This document shows positions 13,138 through 26,783 of a stretch of DNA of 64,000 bases, piece after piece; positions within the stretch are counted from its first letter, which is position 1, and the number at the start of each line of letters is the position of its first letter. Source of the DNA: Chiloscyllium plagiosum. Lineage: Eukaryota. The notes under the pieces were generated by a model, which was not told the DNA's origin, made no database searches, and saw only the letters and a program-made list of their open reading frames with translations. The DNA lies in assembly GCF_004010195.1 (NCBI RefSeq), contig NC_057756.1, positions 653,805 to 717,804 of the forward strand. The letters run 5' to 3'. Position numbers and translations under genes: made by a program.

Positions 13138-15410
13138 CCTCTGTAAAGTTATAAATATTCTAAACTGAAAGAAATCTCAGCACTTCACAACTTTCAAAGT
13201 TCGATGTAGAGTTCTTAACCTGGCTTGGTTACATGCGACGTTATGAAGCCATTTGGTACATTTTGTTGCAAGTATGTGACAGTACATCAAATCCATGGCG
13301 GATCATTTTATATAACTATTCTATTGGAATAAAGGTTGGCACATTTAATTTACTGTCAACACAATCACAACGAACATATGTTCCGAATCTATCTTAGTTC
13401 TTTAACATTTATTCTATATACTCTGTATGCTCTCCTCCAGTCTTCTCTCCTGAAAGGAGTGATATTATATTTTCTCTAATGCAATTTAAATAAGGGGAAT
13501 CATAATTCGATTGTGCACTCTGTGCGTCCTGGTCAATGATAAAATATATTTATCTAATTTCTAAAGATTGCTCATCAGAATTTCATGTAAGGTTTCAGAT
13601 GCTATCTACAGAAAATGCGTCTGTGTTCAACCTAACTTTGGGGAACATGACCACCAGCGCAAAAATAAAACAGATATTTATCACAACCAACTTACTTAGC
13701 TGAAATTAAAACTGAAGCAGACACAGACTCTTCACCTCGATGAACACTAATTTGCCAAATGATCTTGTTTCTCACCTTTTTTCCGGGACTTTCCTAAAGT
13801 CCAGAACACAAACATTATTCCTTCTTATTAATAACCTTGCCCTTTAGATTTTCAGAAATTTCTTTAATCAATTAAGCACTGTCAGCATTTTACAATTTTG
13901 TCCCTTTGGTATCTAATTTAAGCCTCTCTGATATATATTACACTCCCTAATTGTTCTTTTCCTTAGCCATAACGCATCAGCCAGCACATTATGCGTGCTT
14001 GTCTAGAGACGGAGAGCGACGGAGATGGCACATTACAAACTGAGTTTTGTTCCTTGTGTTCTTTACATCCCTTTTTGTAATGTTCTTCTGGCTTGATCAA
14101 TGTCATGCCATTGAAATGGACCATATTACACTGCAATCATTCCAACTTAATTTGGTATCCAAATTAATTTATACTGATTGACACAAACGCCTGTCACATT
14201 AGCATGTAACGTTTCATAACTACTTAACTTCCATTCCATGTTGCTGACGTCTTCAACAGACAGTTTGTCAACTGCTATCACCATATGAATTCTGCCCCGT
14301 CAATGTGTGTTCATTGGCAGAATGCACTCCTAGTTGGACAATAAGGCTTATGCTGGAAATATGTGCATTTTACGTCTTTTCCATGCCCCCCAGATGAACG
14401 TCTACTAATTCCGGCTCTTCCTGCCGATGTCATATTCAGTTTTATAAAAATATATGCAGTGAAAAACATAAACATATTTCGTCTAAGTGTCTCTGTAATG
14501 ATTCTAACTGTCATTCTAATTTGGTAATTCTGAACTGGAGCAGAAAACTTCGAGGCACTTACTATATGCCTAGAGACTAAACACATATAACATGTCACTT
14601 CAAGAATTTTAAATAGCAGGTCAGAAAATAAAAACCTATTATTGAAATTAGTCTGCATATTCTTTAAAGAAATATTTTATTTAAAGTATCTATCCTTGTC
14701 TGTATCCTCGTCACTTACAGCAAACTGTAACAATGTACAGGCAATGTGATGTGAATGGCGGTGATTTCAAACTAAAAACAGGAGAGAAACGTAACAGGAC
14801 TGACAGTCTATGTGTATAAAGAAAAATAATAACAACTCAACACAATATGATGCTTCTTTGGAAAATCGCAATTAAGAGTCTCATTGCAATCAAATAATTA
14901 ACACTGCTTCTCGTTCCCTCAATGCTGCCTAACGTGCTGGAATTCTCCATCATTTTGTGTTTCAAAATACTGATATATTATCTTAATTCTGTTTTCACTG
15001 ATATCAGGACTTGCTCGGATTATCATTTTTTAAAAGTTGCCATTGAATAATTTTAATATTTGTCTTGTGCTGTACAAAAAAACAAAAGATATGGTCAATA
15101 ATAAATGATTATTTATACTCTTTGGCTATGACCTACATTTTTGAAATGGTTTCATCTACTTGGATCCGTTTGAATCTTTTTTATTCTTCCTTAGATATTA
15201 GTACTGTTTCTGTTGTGTCTACTCTTTCCCTTATTGCCTACCTGCCACCAATATATTTGCTCTCTTCTGGAATAATCTTTTTATTTATTTTTACCTAAAA
15301 ACTCATGATAGTGTTTCCATGTTGCATCTAAACTTGAATCGTTGCTAAATTTAAAATTCTTGGAAAGGTTTTGGTGTATCTTCAGCATAAATACATTTAT
15401 GTTTTCACAG

Positions 15411-15437
15411 AAGAGGAACTTATTGAAAAAGGCAATG
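15411..15437 (+). CDS. 27-nt microexon, type B: QEELIEKGN
   Basis: ttatgttttcacag|AAGAG...CAATG|gtaaac. Confidence 0.82.
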
Positions 15438-17412
15438 GTAAACATATTTGCACTTTCATTGAATAGCAAGATGAAAATTGTATTCATATTAATTTTCAAT
15501 TTCAATTTGTATCGATGTCACTGTTGCTGGTGAAGGGATATTTTATTATAATTTATGCATCAGCTATGCCTCAACAGTCGCTTGCACCATCCTCCAACAG
15601 ACCCTAAATGCAGATTTAGGTAATTTCTATTATCATGTTGCATCAGATCATTGATGGCTCACTTCACAGAAATTGCTATAATTCTTCTACCGTGTTAAAA
15701 GAAGATCAGGTAAGAGAAAAAAAACCCAAAAATATAAGTAAACAAGAGATATAGTGCTATTGTACGTGTGAAGTGGAATCGACATAAACTCATGTTATAA
15801 ATGCAACAGTGGAAGATCCACAAATCTCCCTTGTTCATGGGTTGCATATTGCAAGATCCAATCAGTCAATCCAATTCATCTTCTTCACGTTGTTTTTCTC
15901 TTCAGGTAGTTTCTCAACCTTTTTGAAAAAGTCATTATTTGACCCACTTATATATGATTTTCAGGCATCTTTGCAGATTGTAAGTACTAGGTTAGAAATA
16001 TGTTGACTAGTATATTCTGATTTTCAGAATTTCATTTCTGCAGTTTAGATTGAGGTTGAGCAATCCGACTATGGGATTGTGAACAGTTAAAGCTAATACT
16101 AGTACACAAAATTTTAGAGATAAGCTATCGCTTATATGCATACACGGGACTTGTTGGGTTCTTCTGGATGTTTCCTGATGTGATGATATCTTCAGTCAGA
16201 AAATTCAAATTCCAAAGCAAATCTGAATCAATTACTCCAGGTATTCTGTGCACAATCGAAACCTCAATCCGTTTGTCCCAATGAATAAATATTAGCTTTC
16301 ACTTGAAGTTATATTTTTGTGAATTGTCCTGCTGTGCGCAAAATATAAAGCTTGGAGAAACAGTTTCTTTTTACCTCAGCAACTTCTAGCTAATACCAAA
16401 AACTGCAATTCAGATAATGGAAAAAGACATCTGAACGCTTTAAAAATAGCACCAAATTAATCCCAAGTTAACACAAGTAAGGAGCATATTTCCTGCCACC
16501 CGAGCCTTCAGCCCGACACCTCAAAGCCCTGATATCCAGCGCCAACCAGGACTGACTGACTAAACTAGATTTTAGCCATCATGAATCGACTTCGACATGC
16601 CTTTCCCCATTGGCCTGGTCACCTCTTATTCCCTGAACCAGCCCACTCTCCAGTTATTCGCACTCAGCAGTGTATACCACACAGTAGACCCGAGCCTGCC
16701 AATTATCCTCAGGCCGGACTCCACAACTGTCTAATACAAACCAGGCGTTTACTTTCAATGAGTGCTTGTAATTATTTTCTTGAAAGTATTGAGCTTATGA
16801 ATCCACCACCCTGCCATTGGAATCTCTTCCTCAAATTGAAGTTTGTTGATTTGCTTCCATCGATTTGTAATTCAAATTATTTCTGCCTCATAGCCTTTTT
16901 TAAAATAAGAAACAGAATTAAATTTAGGATTGTCAAGCGTAATTTTTAACTGCAGAATCCATGAACAGTATCCCATCCAAATAAATTATGTGATCTTTAA
17001 TTAACCCTGAGACATTGAATGTCATAAAACCTAATATTCTTTGCATACTGGTAGATTCCTACACTCAATTATGTAAGAGACTTTCCAACATATAGTGTAT
17101 AAAATGGCTCTCAGGCTGCATTTTTGCTTGGAATCTAATTTTAAAACAATACAGAAAGGATGACTTTCAGGACACAAAATTATGTACATGTCACTTGGTG
17201 ATAGAAGTCAAAAAAGTCAGAGCCAACTCTGCATATAAACTATTCGTCAAGCAATATTGTACTGTTATGTGTATTTGTGAGAAAGGAGAAGTCAAAAGCT
17301 TTATAACATTCGAGAATTACCTTGGAAACTTGGCTGGTATCAAGAATACCTGTTGGTGAGGGCAAACTTCAAGTTTATATGGAAAATGTTGGTGATATGC
17401 TCTTTTTTAAAA

Positions 17413-17748
17413 TCATTCATAGGTTGACTACGTCGCTGGTTGGGCTAGCATTTATTGCTTATCTCTAATGGCAATTAAGAGTCAAACACATGTAGGTCTG
17501 CAGTCAAATGGAGGCTAGATCAGGTGAAGATTTTAGTTTTCTCCCTCAAAGGTATTAATGAACCGAGATGGATTTCCCCGACAATTGACAATAGGTTTGT
17601 AGTCAACAATAGATTCCTAATTTCAGATTGTCTTTTTGTTCAATTCAAATTTCGCCATCTACCATGATAGGACTAGAACACGATTCCCCAGGATATGACT
17701 TAGGTTTCTAGATTGACAGCAAAAGTACTACTGTGCCATTGCCTCTCC
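17413..17748 (-). mobile_element. Old tRNA-derived SINE (second family), near full length
   Basis: Similar to 1075-1370. Confidence 0.75.
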
Positions 17749-17919
17749 ATTTTGCACAGATCTTCCAGAGGTAAACCCGGGTATCTGCAAAATAACAAAT
17801 CACAACATTCTTAATGTGGTTTATTAAAAAGAACAACAAAATTCGTCCATAAATCGTGGTCTTTGCTGTCTCGAACTGAATTTATCACCCACCTCTTACT
17901 GGTAAGAGAACAGTGAATA

Positions 17920-18400
17920 GTCATACCCAGTGCTGTGGGTCTGGCATCCCAGAATTACCTTTCCTGAAAGACATAAGTGAATTCGAAGCGTTTTTGTACT
18001 TCCAGCCTTTTAATGTTCATCATTTGGGCCTTAAATCAGGTTATGACAATTAAGTTCCATCATCTTACAAAACGGACTTGACTCCATGCCCCCAGAACGT
18101 GACTGTGTGGGATTACTCCAGTAGATCCGCTTTTATTCCACAGGTCAAAGATATGCAGATTAGGCAGCTTGCTTATACTAAATGCCTCATGGTACCTCGG
18201 AATGTGCAACATAGGTGGATTAACCATTGGAAATTCAAAGCACTGGGACTGGGTAATGGATAGGTCAGGGTGGGACGCTTTTGGAGGTTGGTGTGGACTC
18301 CATAGCCCAAATGACCCACTTCTACACTGCAGAGGTCCTGCCATTCTAACATTACTTGGATTGTTGGATCAATAATCTAGCTATAATACCTGTAGGCCAC
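17920..18400. mobile_element. Old SINE (minus) interrupted by an HE1-like SINE (plus, about 18100-18348)
   Basis: Second-family SINE sequence resumes after the HE1-like block. Confidence 0.55.
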
Positions 18401-18689
18401 CACAAGTGGCAGGGGAAACGAGTCAGAGTGATATGAGATTTACAAGTTGGTGGTTAATGATCATATCCATGGGAAAAAAAGTACTTGGCAACATTAGCTA
18501 GATTAGCTAGATCATTCAGATGGGAAAATGCAGAAAAAGAGTGGCCCTTGTCAATAACGAAGGAAAATGGCATTATGTAAATTCATAAAATAAAGAATTC
18601 TGGCATAGTGTCAGGGGATGACGAACTGACTCGCAAAAATATTATAAACAGGAGGTACTTGCAAAATAACAACTAAAAGTGTGAAAAAT

Positions 18690-19025
18690 GGGGCGGCACG
18701 GTGGCTCAGTGTTTAGTATTGCTGCCTCGCAGTGCCATGGAACCAGGTTTGATTCCCACCTCAGGCGACTGTCTGTGTGGAGTTTGCATATTCTCCCGTG
18801 TCTGTGTGGGTTTCCTCTGGGTGCTCCAGTTGAGTCCCACAATCCAAAGATGTGCAGGTTAGGTGAATTGGCTATGCTAAATTGCCCATAGTGTTCGGTG
18901 CATTAGACAGGGGTAAATATAAGGTAGGGGAATGGGTCTGAGTGGGTTACGCTTCTGAAGATCAGTGTGGACTTAATGAGCCAAAGGGCCTGTTTCCGTA
19001 CTGTAGGGAATCTAATCTAATCTAA
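18690..19025 (+). mobile_element. Full-length HE1 SINE
   Basis: A box GGTGGCTCAGTG, B box GGTTTGATTCC, V-domain, (AATCT)n tail. Confidence 0.95.
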
Positions 19026-20093
19026 CATTTTTAGCTAAATATTTTTATTTTCTGAGGAATCAGCTGATGGTGATGATACTGTCTCTGCACATTTCTGAAC
19101 AAATTAATGTGCCTTTAATCTTAACAAGAAATCTATAATGCTCTAAAATTGGAAATTTTCTTGGAAGAAATTTCAGCATTTTCAGTACAGCTCAATGAAG
19201 CTGAGTTCTGTATCATTTCTAATAGAATTAAGAATTGTGCATGGAACTGAGGAATGAGCTGTCATTACCACTGAAAGTGAGACAAGTGATTTTAAATGAC
19301 AAGCATGTATCGTGGAGATACTAGGGTGACACCAAGAACGCTGTTGGCAGGTGCATTAACTTCTCTGTGGACGAAACATTGAATATTGTTCTATTGGGTC
19401 AAAATATTGGTGGATTGAGCTTAGCGAGTGGTCACTGGTTCCTTCTCTGCTGTTGAGCTTTAACATATAGAATGAAAACCTCTCAGTGTCATGGACGGTG
19501 CAAAATGATCTGTGCCACTTGGTCGGCTCCAAAACTTGGGATTCCAGGAACTGCAGCTGGAGACCCATGAATATGTTCGCCTCTACCAGTTAAACTGCCC
19601 AGATGCCCAGTTAAGCCAATAAAAGTAAAACATGGCCTTCGTTCTCCTTCCACAAGACGCCTAAAGTACACTTAGTATACCCTTAAATCCAAATAATTCC
19701 CATTCTATTGATAAATTACCTAGTTATCTATTACGAAGGCGTTTAAATTCTGACAGTTTGGACAAGATTCTGAATTTTGATATGATAATCAAGTGGCCTG
19801 CATTAAAAACGTTCATTTGATGCGATCCTGTGCATATATTCAATTGTTTTCAATTTATTTAGCTCAATCCTGGATGGTGAACATCGATGAGAAAGAAAGC
19901 ATTACATTCTGATCATTATTTGTCCTTGTTAATGCATTTTCTGCAAGTAAACCTACGTTATTTAATCAGTGGCTGTCGATTTTTGATGTTGCTGTTGAAA
20001 AATATAAAAGGCAAGTGTGCTGAAAACTTTATTTTCTGCAACTCAATTGAAATAGAGTTGACCTAGTTAATATACCTTTCTTATATTCATTAG

Positions 20094-20129
20094 AACTGTC
20101 CAGGTGCAACAACTCCTTAGAAGATTTCG
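20094..20129 (+). CDS. 36-nt microexon, type A: ELSRCNNSLEDF
   Basis: tttcttatattcattag|AACTG...TTTCG|gtgaga; contains an N-N-S sequon. Confidence 0.88.
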
Positions 20130-21197
20130 GTGAGAATTTAGCCCGTCTTTAAAAGTTGTGCACAGATGTTGTCTGGACATGGCGATTCGTGATGCTTTGA
20201 TCAAACGTTGGATTTTGAACTGATTTAGAATTATTATTCACAGAGCACATTTGTTTGCAAGCTAAATTCTACGTAAATGAATATTTAAAAATGTGGATTT
20301 GTTAAGAATTCGGAAAAAAAGATGCATTTTGTGAAGTAAATTTTTACGTCAATCACATCTTGTCAGTATACATCATGCTAACATATTGAAAACCTGAAAT
20401 TCCTGGGTTCACTCATCAAGACTTATAGCCTGAACGTAGCAGAACGCGACATATGAATTTGGAGGGATATGGTATCTACCACTAATATTCCCACTGGTAA
20501 AATAATAATAAAACTTCCGTTATTTTTCTGCAAGTCACTCAGGTGAGCAAATGTTTTGACAGAATCCCATTAAATTTGTGATCACTGCAAAGAGAGGCAA
20601 TTTCGGTCAGATTTGAGCTCTTTGGTGGTAATAAGAGACATATCATTCGGAGGGAAGTGTCATGTATCAAGATTTACTGCACCGTTTATTTATACTCCCC
20701 AAAATGCATTGTTCTGTTCGAAACTAAGAGTTGCTAACAAAAACAAAGCAGTTTGCTCTCGTGCAACATATTCTAAATTCATGTAGTCTCAGCTGTTCAA
20801 TGTGGAATAGTATAGCAGGAACTGCACTGTCAATTAATTTATTTACGTAACAATTCTCCAAGATATCAGATTTCTCTCTAACTCAAAATAAACAGCTCCA
20901 GGAGACTGTGGCGATGTGAGTAACTAAGGATATTTAAAACAGAAATAAAATTAAAGGAGCCACATACAACTTTCCCGTGGCCACACCAGCGCACATTGCA
21001 TTGCAGTTGAAAAATTGAAGACAAATTCACGTCTTTATGAAAGTGAAGAGTATCACAAATTATTATCAGCGTCGTAAACTTTGCCAAAATCCAATGGAGA
21101 GATAACATTCCTCATTTATTTTTATTTTTCTGGAAATACACTCCTGCGTATTGTAATAATAATAACAATAATGAAATTAATAAATGGCCGTCCACAG

Positions 21198-21224
21198 AGA
21201 AAAAGCTGAATGCAAAAGAGAGTG
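21198..21224 (+). CDS. 27-nt microexon, type B: EKKLNAKES
   Basis: ccgtccacag|AGAAA...GAGTG|gtaagg. Confidence 0.85.
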
Positions 21225-23614
21225 GTAAGGATTCGAAAAAACAATCATGTATTTCCATTTCTTTTTTGTGATACATGCATGACTTTGGCAAGGTCACAGC
21301 TTTTAGCCAAACCTAAACTGCCCTTAACAAGATTTTGCATAGTGACAACCCTGAACACCTTTTGTACAGGTCCACTAAGATTGTAGTGATAAATGGAGTG
21401 TAGATTTTTAACTGCATGTTACCGAGGAGCACCAATAAGTTGCAGCTCCTTACAAGGATGGATTGTCGTTTGGAGGAACAATTCATATTAGTCATGTTCA
21501 CATTTATAACCTTCTGTATACCTTCAATTTCAGAAATATCATGTTTCGGGAAAGATTTTTAAGCAGCCCTGGACATTTGCTGGAGGGCATTCTTCATGGT
21601 GTTGCACACAACCCTGCTTGAGTAATTATGCTTTACTGCTGAAAAGATTGTTTATATCAATTATTCGGTATATGAATATATGTATGTTAGAACAGATTAT
21701 TCTGATGGCATTAATGGATGAGTAATGCGTGGCAGATTGAGTCTATCAGTGTCAGATAGATTTACAAGTACATAACAGCAACAATCTGGGGGATATGATT
21801 TGTAAATAGCTGATATGGATAACTTAACAAAAGTTTCCATGAGCAGTACACACAGTTCAATGAAATAAGGAATGCCACATCAAATGTACAGTGCTGGATA
21901 AGTAGCATAAAATGCAGTTAAAATGCTATGCTTTCAAGGATAATTAGATCTGGACAACTGATTATGGCTTAGGATATTATTTAATGTCGTTTGACGATTA
22001 TTGGCACCGTTAACATTGAAAATTTTCTCTGAACAATCAATATAATGAAGTTATGACATTCCAGAAAATTACTTACTGTGTTTCTACGAGTTTAAAGTTT
22101 TCATTATGCCAATTCTGTAAGCAAAAGAAGTATTTATTATGGCATGCTAAAGGGCTAATCATGTTCCATTCATCAGGTTTTAACATTCTAGTGAGTTTAG
22201 TAATGTTATGCCCCTTACGTGAAATAAGAATGGAACCGCTAATCTCAAGAACATGCTCAGATAATTGGGTATGGATAATTCATCTGGACAGTCAGTAAAT
22301 ATTCTGGTCATTTCGTTTCCAAAGAACCAACTGCAAATTTAAAATGGCACAATTCTTTCAGAAGAATCTGTCGGATTATTGTTCCTATTAGTTTACCTTT
22401 GTAAAAGAAAGACATAATCACTCCAGCGATACATAATCATGCTGTGAGACTTATGAAGGAAGAATGATAAATATATTAACGTAACTTTCAGCAGTTCCCT
22501 CTTTTATGGCCTTCCACAAACCAACTACTCACTTAAAGATCAGGATATCCAATCTAAAAATACAGAAGGAGTGTGTGACATTTCTAATCTGATACCAATT
22601 AGCATCAGTAGTCGTCTTTCCATGGCGATGATGAGCCAAATCTGTGTATGCACTTTACACTGGCCGCAAGTTTCTGACTGGCAGTAGTCAAAGACGCAAC
22701 ACGTGTAACTGTTGATATTGATACACAGTAAGTAAAGTGCGAATTTCATAATGCATTTATATCAAAACGCACTTTTCGTCCTGTTTTTTGCCGATCTGTG
22801 TACTAGAATGACAACCCTTCGAAAAGTGACTTGACAATGTTGTATAAATTCTAGTTTGTTTCTACTTGCCATCAATCCACTCATGATTCCACTCGATATG
22901 CATTTTCTTGGCGCCAACTTCTTACTTATTTACATTTCACCATCCATGTTTCTCCATATTCTGCCTCCCAGACTCCTTAGTCGTACTATATGTTTCCCTT
23001 TCATTTATTCACTTTGTTGTGTCGGTTTAATTTACTGTGGTAGACGTTTTAAGCATTGTTTCTATAATTTTCGTCAACACTGACCCAATTCCTGGCAGGT
23101 TCCTTTCGGAAAAAAGCCTTGGTTTCTGAAGAAATCAGAACAAATTCCTTTGTTTTTCCTGGATGGAGCATGTTAAAGTCAAAGAAAGAAATGAGAATTC
23201 AACACTGGAAATGACACAGGAAGCTTTTTAAAGAAAGTACAATAGAACAATATCATAAGTAAAGAAGTGTCAGAAGAGTTTTCACATGTGAGTTTTAATA
23301 CACTTTAGAAACACGATTCTCAGATGCATGCATTTAAAAGACATAATAAATTGAAAGTAATACATAAGGGTTGATGACATTTGTGGGTAAGTTGTAAAGC
23401 CAAGCTCATAAAATTAAGTAAGTCCCGAGAGAAGAATTAAGAGAATCGTATTTATTCATAGAATGCACATAATTTGGGCCACTTTATCCCATTAACCACG
23501 TGAACAGAACAGCACAAGCTTATTCGAGGAAACCCTCAAAAAGTGTGAGAGAAACAAAAAGAAAATCAATTTTATGAAGTAAAAGATGGAGTAAAAGACC
23601 ATTTTATGCCGATC

Positions 23615-23930
23615 ACAGAATCATATAATCCCCGCAGCTTGGAAGCGGGCCTTTCGGCCCATCAAGTCCAACTCCAATCCTCTGATCAGATGCTCACCCA
23701 GACAGCTCCCCCGCTTCATATCCATGCAACCCTGTTTTTTGAAGCCTAAAGCAGCTTGCCTGTACATCACTGAATACTACGGGCAATTTAGTCTGCGCAG
23801 TGAAACTGGAGTAGCCAGAGGAAATCTACGAATACACGGGGAAAATGTGCAAAATCCATGCAGAGAATTATCCAAGAGTGGAAGTAGACCCATGCCCTTG
23901 GCACTGTGAAGCTGCAGTGCTAACCACCGG
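23615..23930 (-). mobile_element. Old HE1-like SINE
   Basis: GGGCCTTTCGGCCC...ACACGGGGAAAATGTGCAAA...CAGTGCTAACCAC. Confidence 0.75.
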
Positions 23931-24193
23931 GGAGCTGAGTCTTAGTCAAACGAAGTGCTGTAGAAAATTGCAGTACAGAATGATTTGTGGGTCATGGTGC
24001 AGAAGTCATAAAATTTAGCATACATGCTCGATTTGTCAGTCTTGTTAATATTATGGAAAACGGCACTAACTACAGTATATCAATATTAATCAGTGAGCCA
24101 TCGTGCTATTTTCCGGCTCTCCATGATCAAGTAATAACACATTGAAGTGGAATGAGGCAAAAACATTTTTTTATTCCCACTATTTTATGCCAG

Positions 24194-24229
24194 AGCTAAA
24201 TAAATGCAACGAGTCTTTGAAAGAATGTG
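24194..24229 (+). CDS. 36-nt microexon, type A: ELNKCNESLKEC
   Basis: ctattttatgccag|AGCTA...ATGTG|gtaaga; contains an N-E-S sequon. Confidence 0.88.
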
Positions 24230-24964
24230 GTAAGAAATGTTTCCTTACTTACTTTCTTTTTACTTTAAAAGTATAGACACGTGTCACTGTAAGCAAGTGA
24301 CTGTTCTATGTACATTTTGAGTTAAGAAATAAGTCTCTGCTCATGTAACTAGCCCTTCATATTGCTGTATAACCAATGTAGTAAACAAATTGCAGGTATT
24401 AAGAGTGATTAATTGTTATATATCTTAATATACGATGCAATTTAATACAAGTCATAGTTTCATGTCTGGAAAGTTGACACCTTCAAAGATGAAATGCTTA
24501 ACAATTTCAGGTTAGGAACTCAAAGTACAACTGACATCCACGTGCAGAAAAAAATACAATCACTTCACTACACCAATGTAACAGCAACAGCATACCAAGG
24601 AGTGATACCATTCGGCAGTGTTTGCTGCTATAAACAAAACAAGAGACTTCAGTCCCACTTTTCAACACCTGTTCCATGACCATTTAAGCGATGGTAGTTC
24701 ATGACACTCTAATACATTTTCTAAGAGGTTCCTGATTCTAACACCATTTCAAACTGAGTGTTCAGAACCCAGTCAACCTCTGGATTTAAAAATAAAACAA
24801 TTTCATTCTAATCCAGTTTCTTCAACTTTAGAAATCAGTTCTTGCTTTGAACACATATTGTGTATCTGAAAGAAAAGCAAAAAGGACAAGAGGTTTCATC
24901 GCCAAGCAAGCAAGTTCTGTCCTTATTGTCTGCAGTTCATTTAGGCCAACATCCTACTTCGTTT

Positions 24965-25960
24965 GCATGGCAATTAATGTATGGGAATGTCGACATCTGC
25001 AAGTTGCCCTCGAAGACACAAAGGATTCTGACATGGAGTTTTGTCGACGTTTCTCCATTGTTCTGAGCTAAAACATAGGAACTTCCTTCTATATAGTATG
25101 TGGTTGCAGCATGCCACACGGACTGCAGCTTCTCAACCACTGAATCCACGTCTATAATTGCATCTTCCCGAAAATGTGGAATAATTGCTGGAGTAATAAT
25201 GTGCAAGTATGTTTGGCATACAAAACCAAAGACACATGCAAATATTTCAATTAGCACTCCATAGTTCCACTGTCGATTATCAGTAAAATGATGGAATATG
25301 TCATTACCAGTATGATCAAGCAGCCCCTGTTTCGTAATAACTTGCTTTCTAATCAACAGATTAGTTTCTGCTGGTGTCACATAACTGCTGACCTCAATCG
25401 GACCTTGGTTCGTATGTGAAAAAGTGAGAAACTCCTAGAAATGATGTCAGGTCTAAGGCCCTACATACCAAGCCCTCACTGGGCAAATTGTGTCACTGAG
25501 AAGACCCAGCATAACTACAATGGGGAATGCTCATTGCTGTTTGGTCTCATGTCTAGCTCAAAGGAAGTTGGCCGTGATCACTGGAGATCAGCCATGTCAC
25601 TTCCAGGACATATCTGCAGGAGTTCTTCAGGGTCCTGTCCTAGGCCCAGACATTTTCAGCGTATTCATCAATGACTTTTAAATTATCAGAAGAATAGTGT
25701 TGATGGTCCTTGTCATTGCACAATGATTAGCACAATTCGAAGTCTCAAAATGCTGAAGCAGACTATGAAAAATACAACAATATGGAACAATATCTAGCAT
25801 CACATTCGTGTTTCAGAATTCCCTGGCAATAACCACCTTCAATGATAGAACTTGACCCTCATCCTTTGGCATTTGTTGAGTTTGCTGTTACGGAATTCCA
25901 CTGTATCAGCGACCTATATGGGCTGCCATTGACCAGAAACGTTTCGGGACTCGCCATATT
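24965..25960 (+). mobile_element. Old CR1/L2-like LINE fragments (3' piece followed by an RT piece)
   Basis: RT peptides LSIISKMMEYVI and AGVLQGPVLGPDIFSVFIND. Confidence 0.7.
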
Positions 25961-26107
25961 CTGCCTGGAGGGCACATGATTGAGTCATATAAGACATAAT
26001 CAGGCCCTTCAGTCCAATTCGCATGGACCAACCAGACATACCAACTGATCTAATCCCATCTGTTGGTATTTGGCTCATGTCGCTCTAATCCCTTGTATTT
26101 CATCTGA

Positions 26108-26427
26108 GATTAGATTGGATTACTTACAGTATGGAAACAGGCCCTTCAGCCCAACAAGTCCACACCAAGCCTCTGACGAGTAACCCACCCAGAACCATTC
26201 CCCTACATTTACCCCTGACTAATGCAACTAACAGTACGGGCAATTTAGCATGGCCAATTCGCCTGACCCGCACATCTTTGAACTGTGGGAGGAAACCAGA
26301 GCATTCAGAGGAACATACACCGACACGGGGAGAATGTGCAAACCCGACACAGGCAGTCACCCAAGGCTGGAATCGAACCCAAGTTCCTGGCGCTGTGAGG
26401 CAGCAGTGCTTACTACTGAGCTACTGT
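26108..26427 (-). mobile_element. HE1 SINE, preceded by a CR1 3' tail at about 25985-26105
   Basis: GATTAGATT tail, V-domain, GGAATCGAACCC (B-box complement). Confidence 0.92.
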
Positions 26428-26639
26428 GTTTCATTTTCAGGTCTTCAGCCTGAAAATGAAGTTCACTTCTCGTGTCCCAAGTCTCCGCCATCAGATCAAC
26501 ATTTATTCTGTTTCATTATTCTTTTCGACTATACAAAGAATTGGCTGCTATTTTTCCCACTTTGATTGTTTCTACTAGCAAATATTGATCTGTTTAGTTT
26601 CATCTCCCCGTTCAATGAACTCATAAATTGAGTTCCAAA

Positions 26640-26783
26640 CACAAAACCAGAAATTTCTGGGAAAGCTCGACAGAACTGGCAGCATCTGACGTTTCTCTAT
26701 ACCGATGCTGCCAGATCTGTTGAGTTTTCCGAGCAATTTATCCTTTTATTTATTTCCAGCATTCATAGTTCTTTTTAGTTTTT
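26640..26783. mobile_element. Small degenerate hairpin element, third family; related copy at about 10315-10460
   Basis: Inverted arms CTGGCAGCATC...GATGCTGCCAG. Confidence 0.6.

Noticed and set aside
14311..14658. 115-aa minus-strand ORF
   Set aside because: Another frame (LQFRITKLE*QLESLQRHLDE) looks like a decayed CR1 ORF1; not a host gene.
16028..16054. 27-nt AG/GT-bounded segment
   Set aside because: In-frame TGA, weak donor and no type B consensus.
18690..18770. tRNA-like A and B boxes
   Set aside because: Head of an HE1 SINE, not a tRNA gene.
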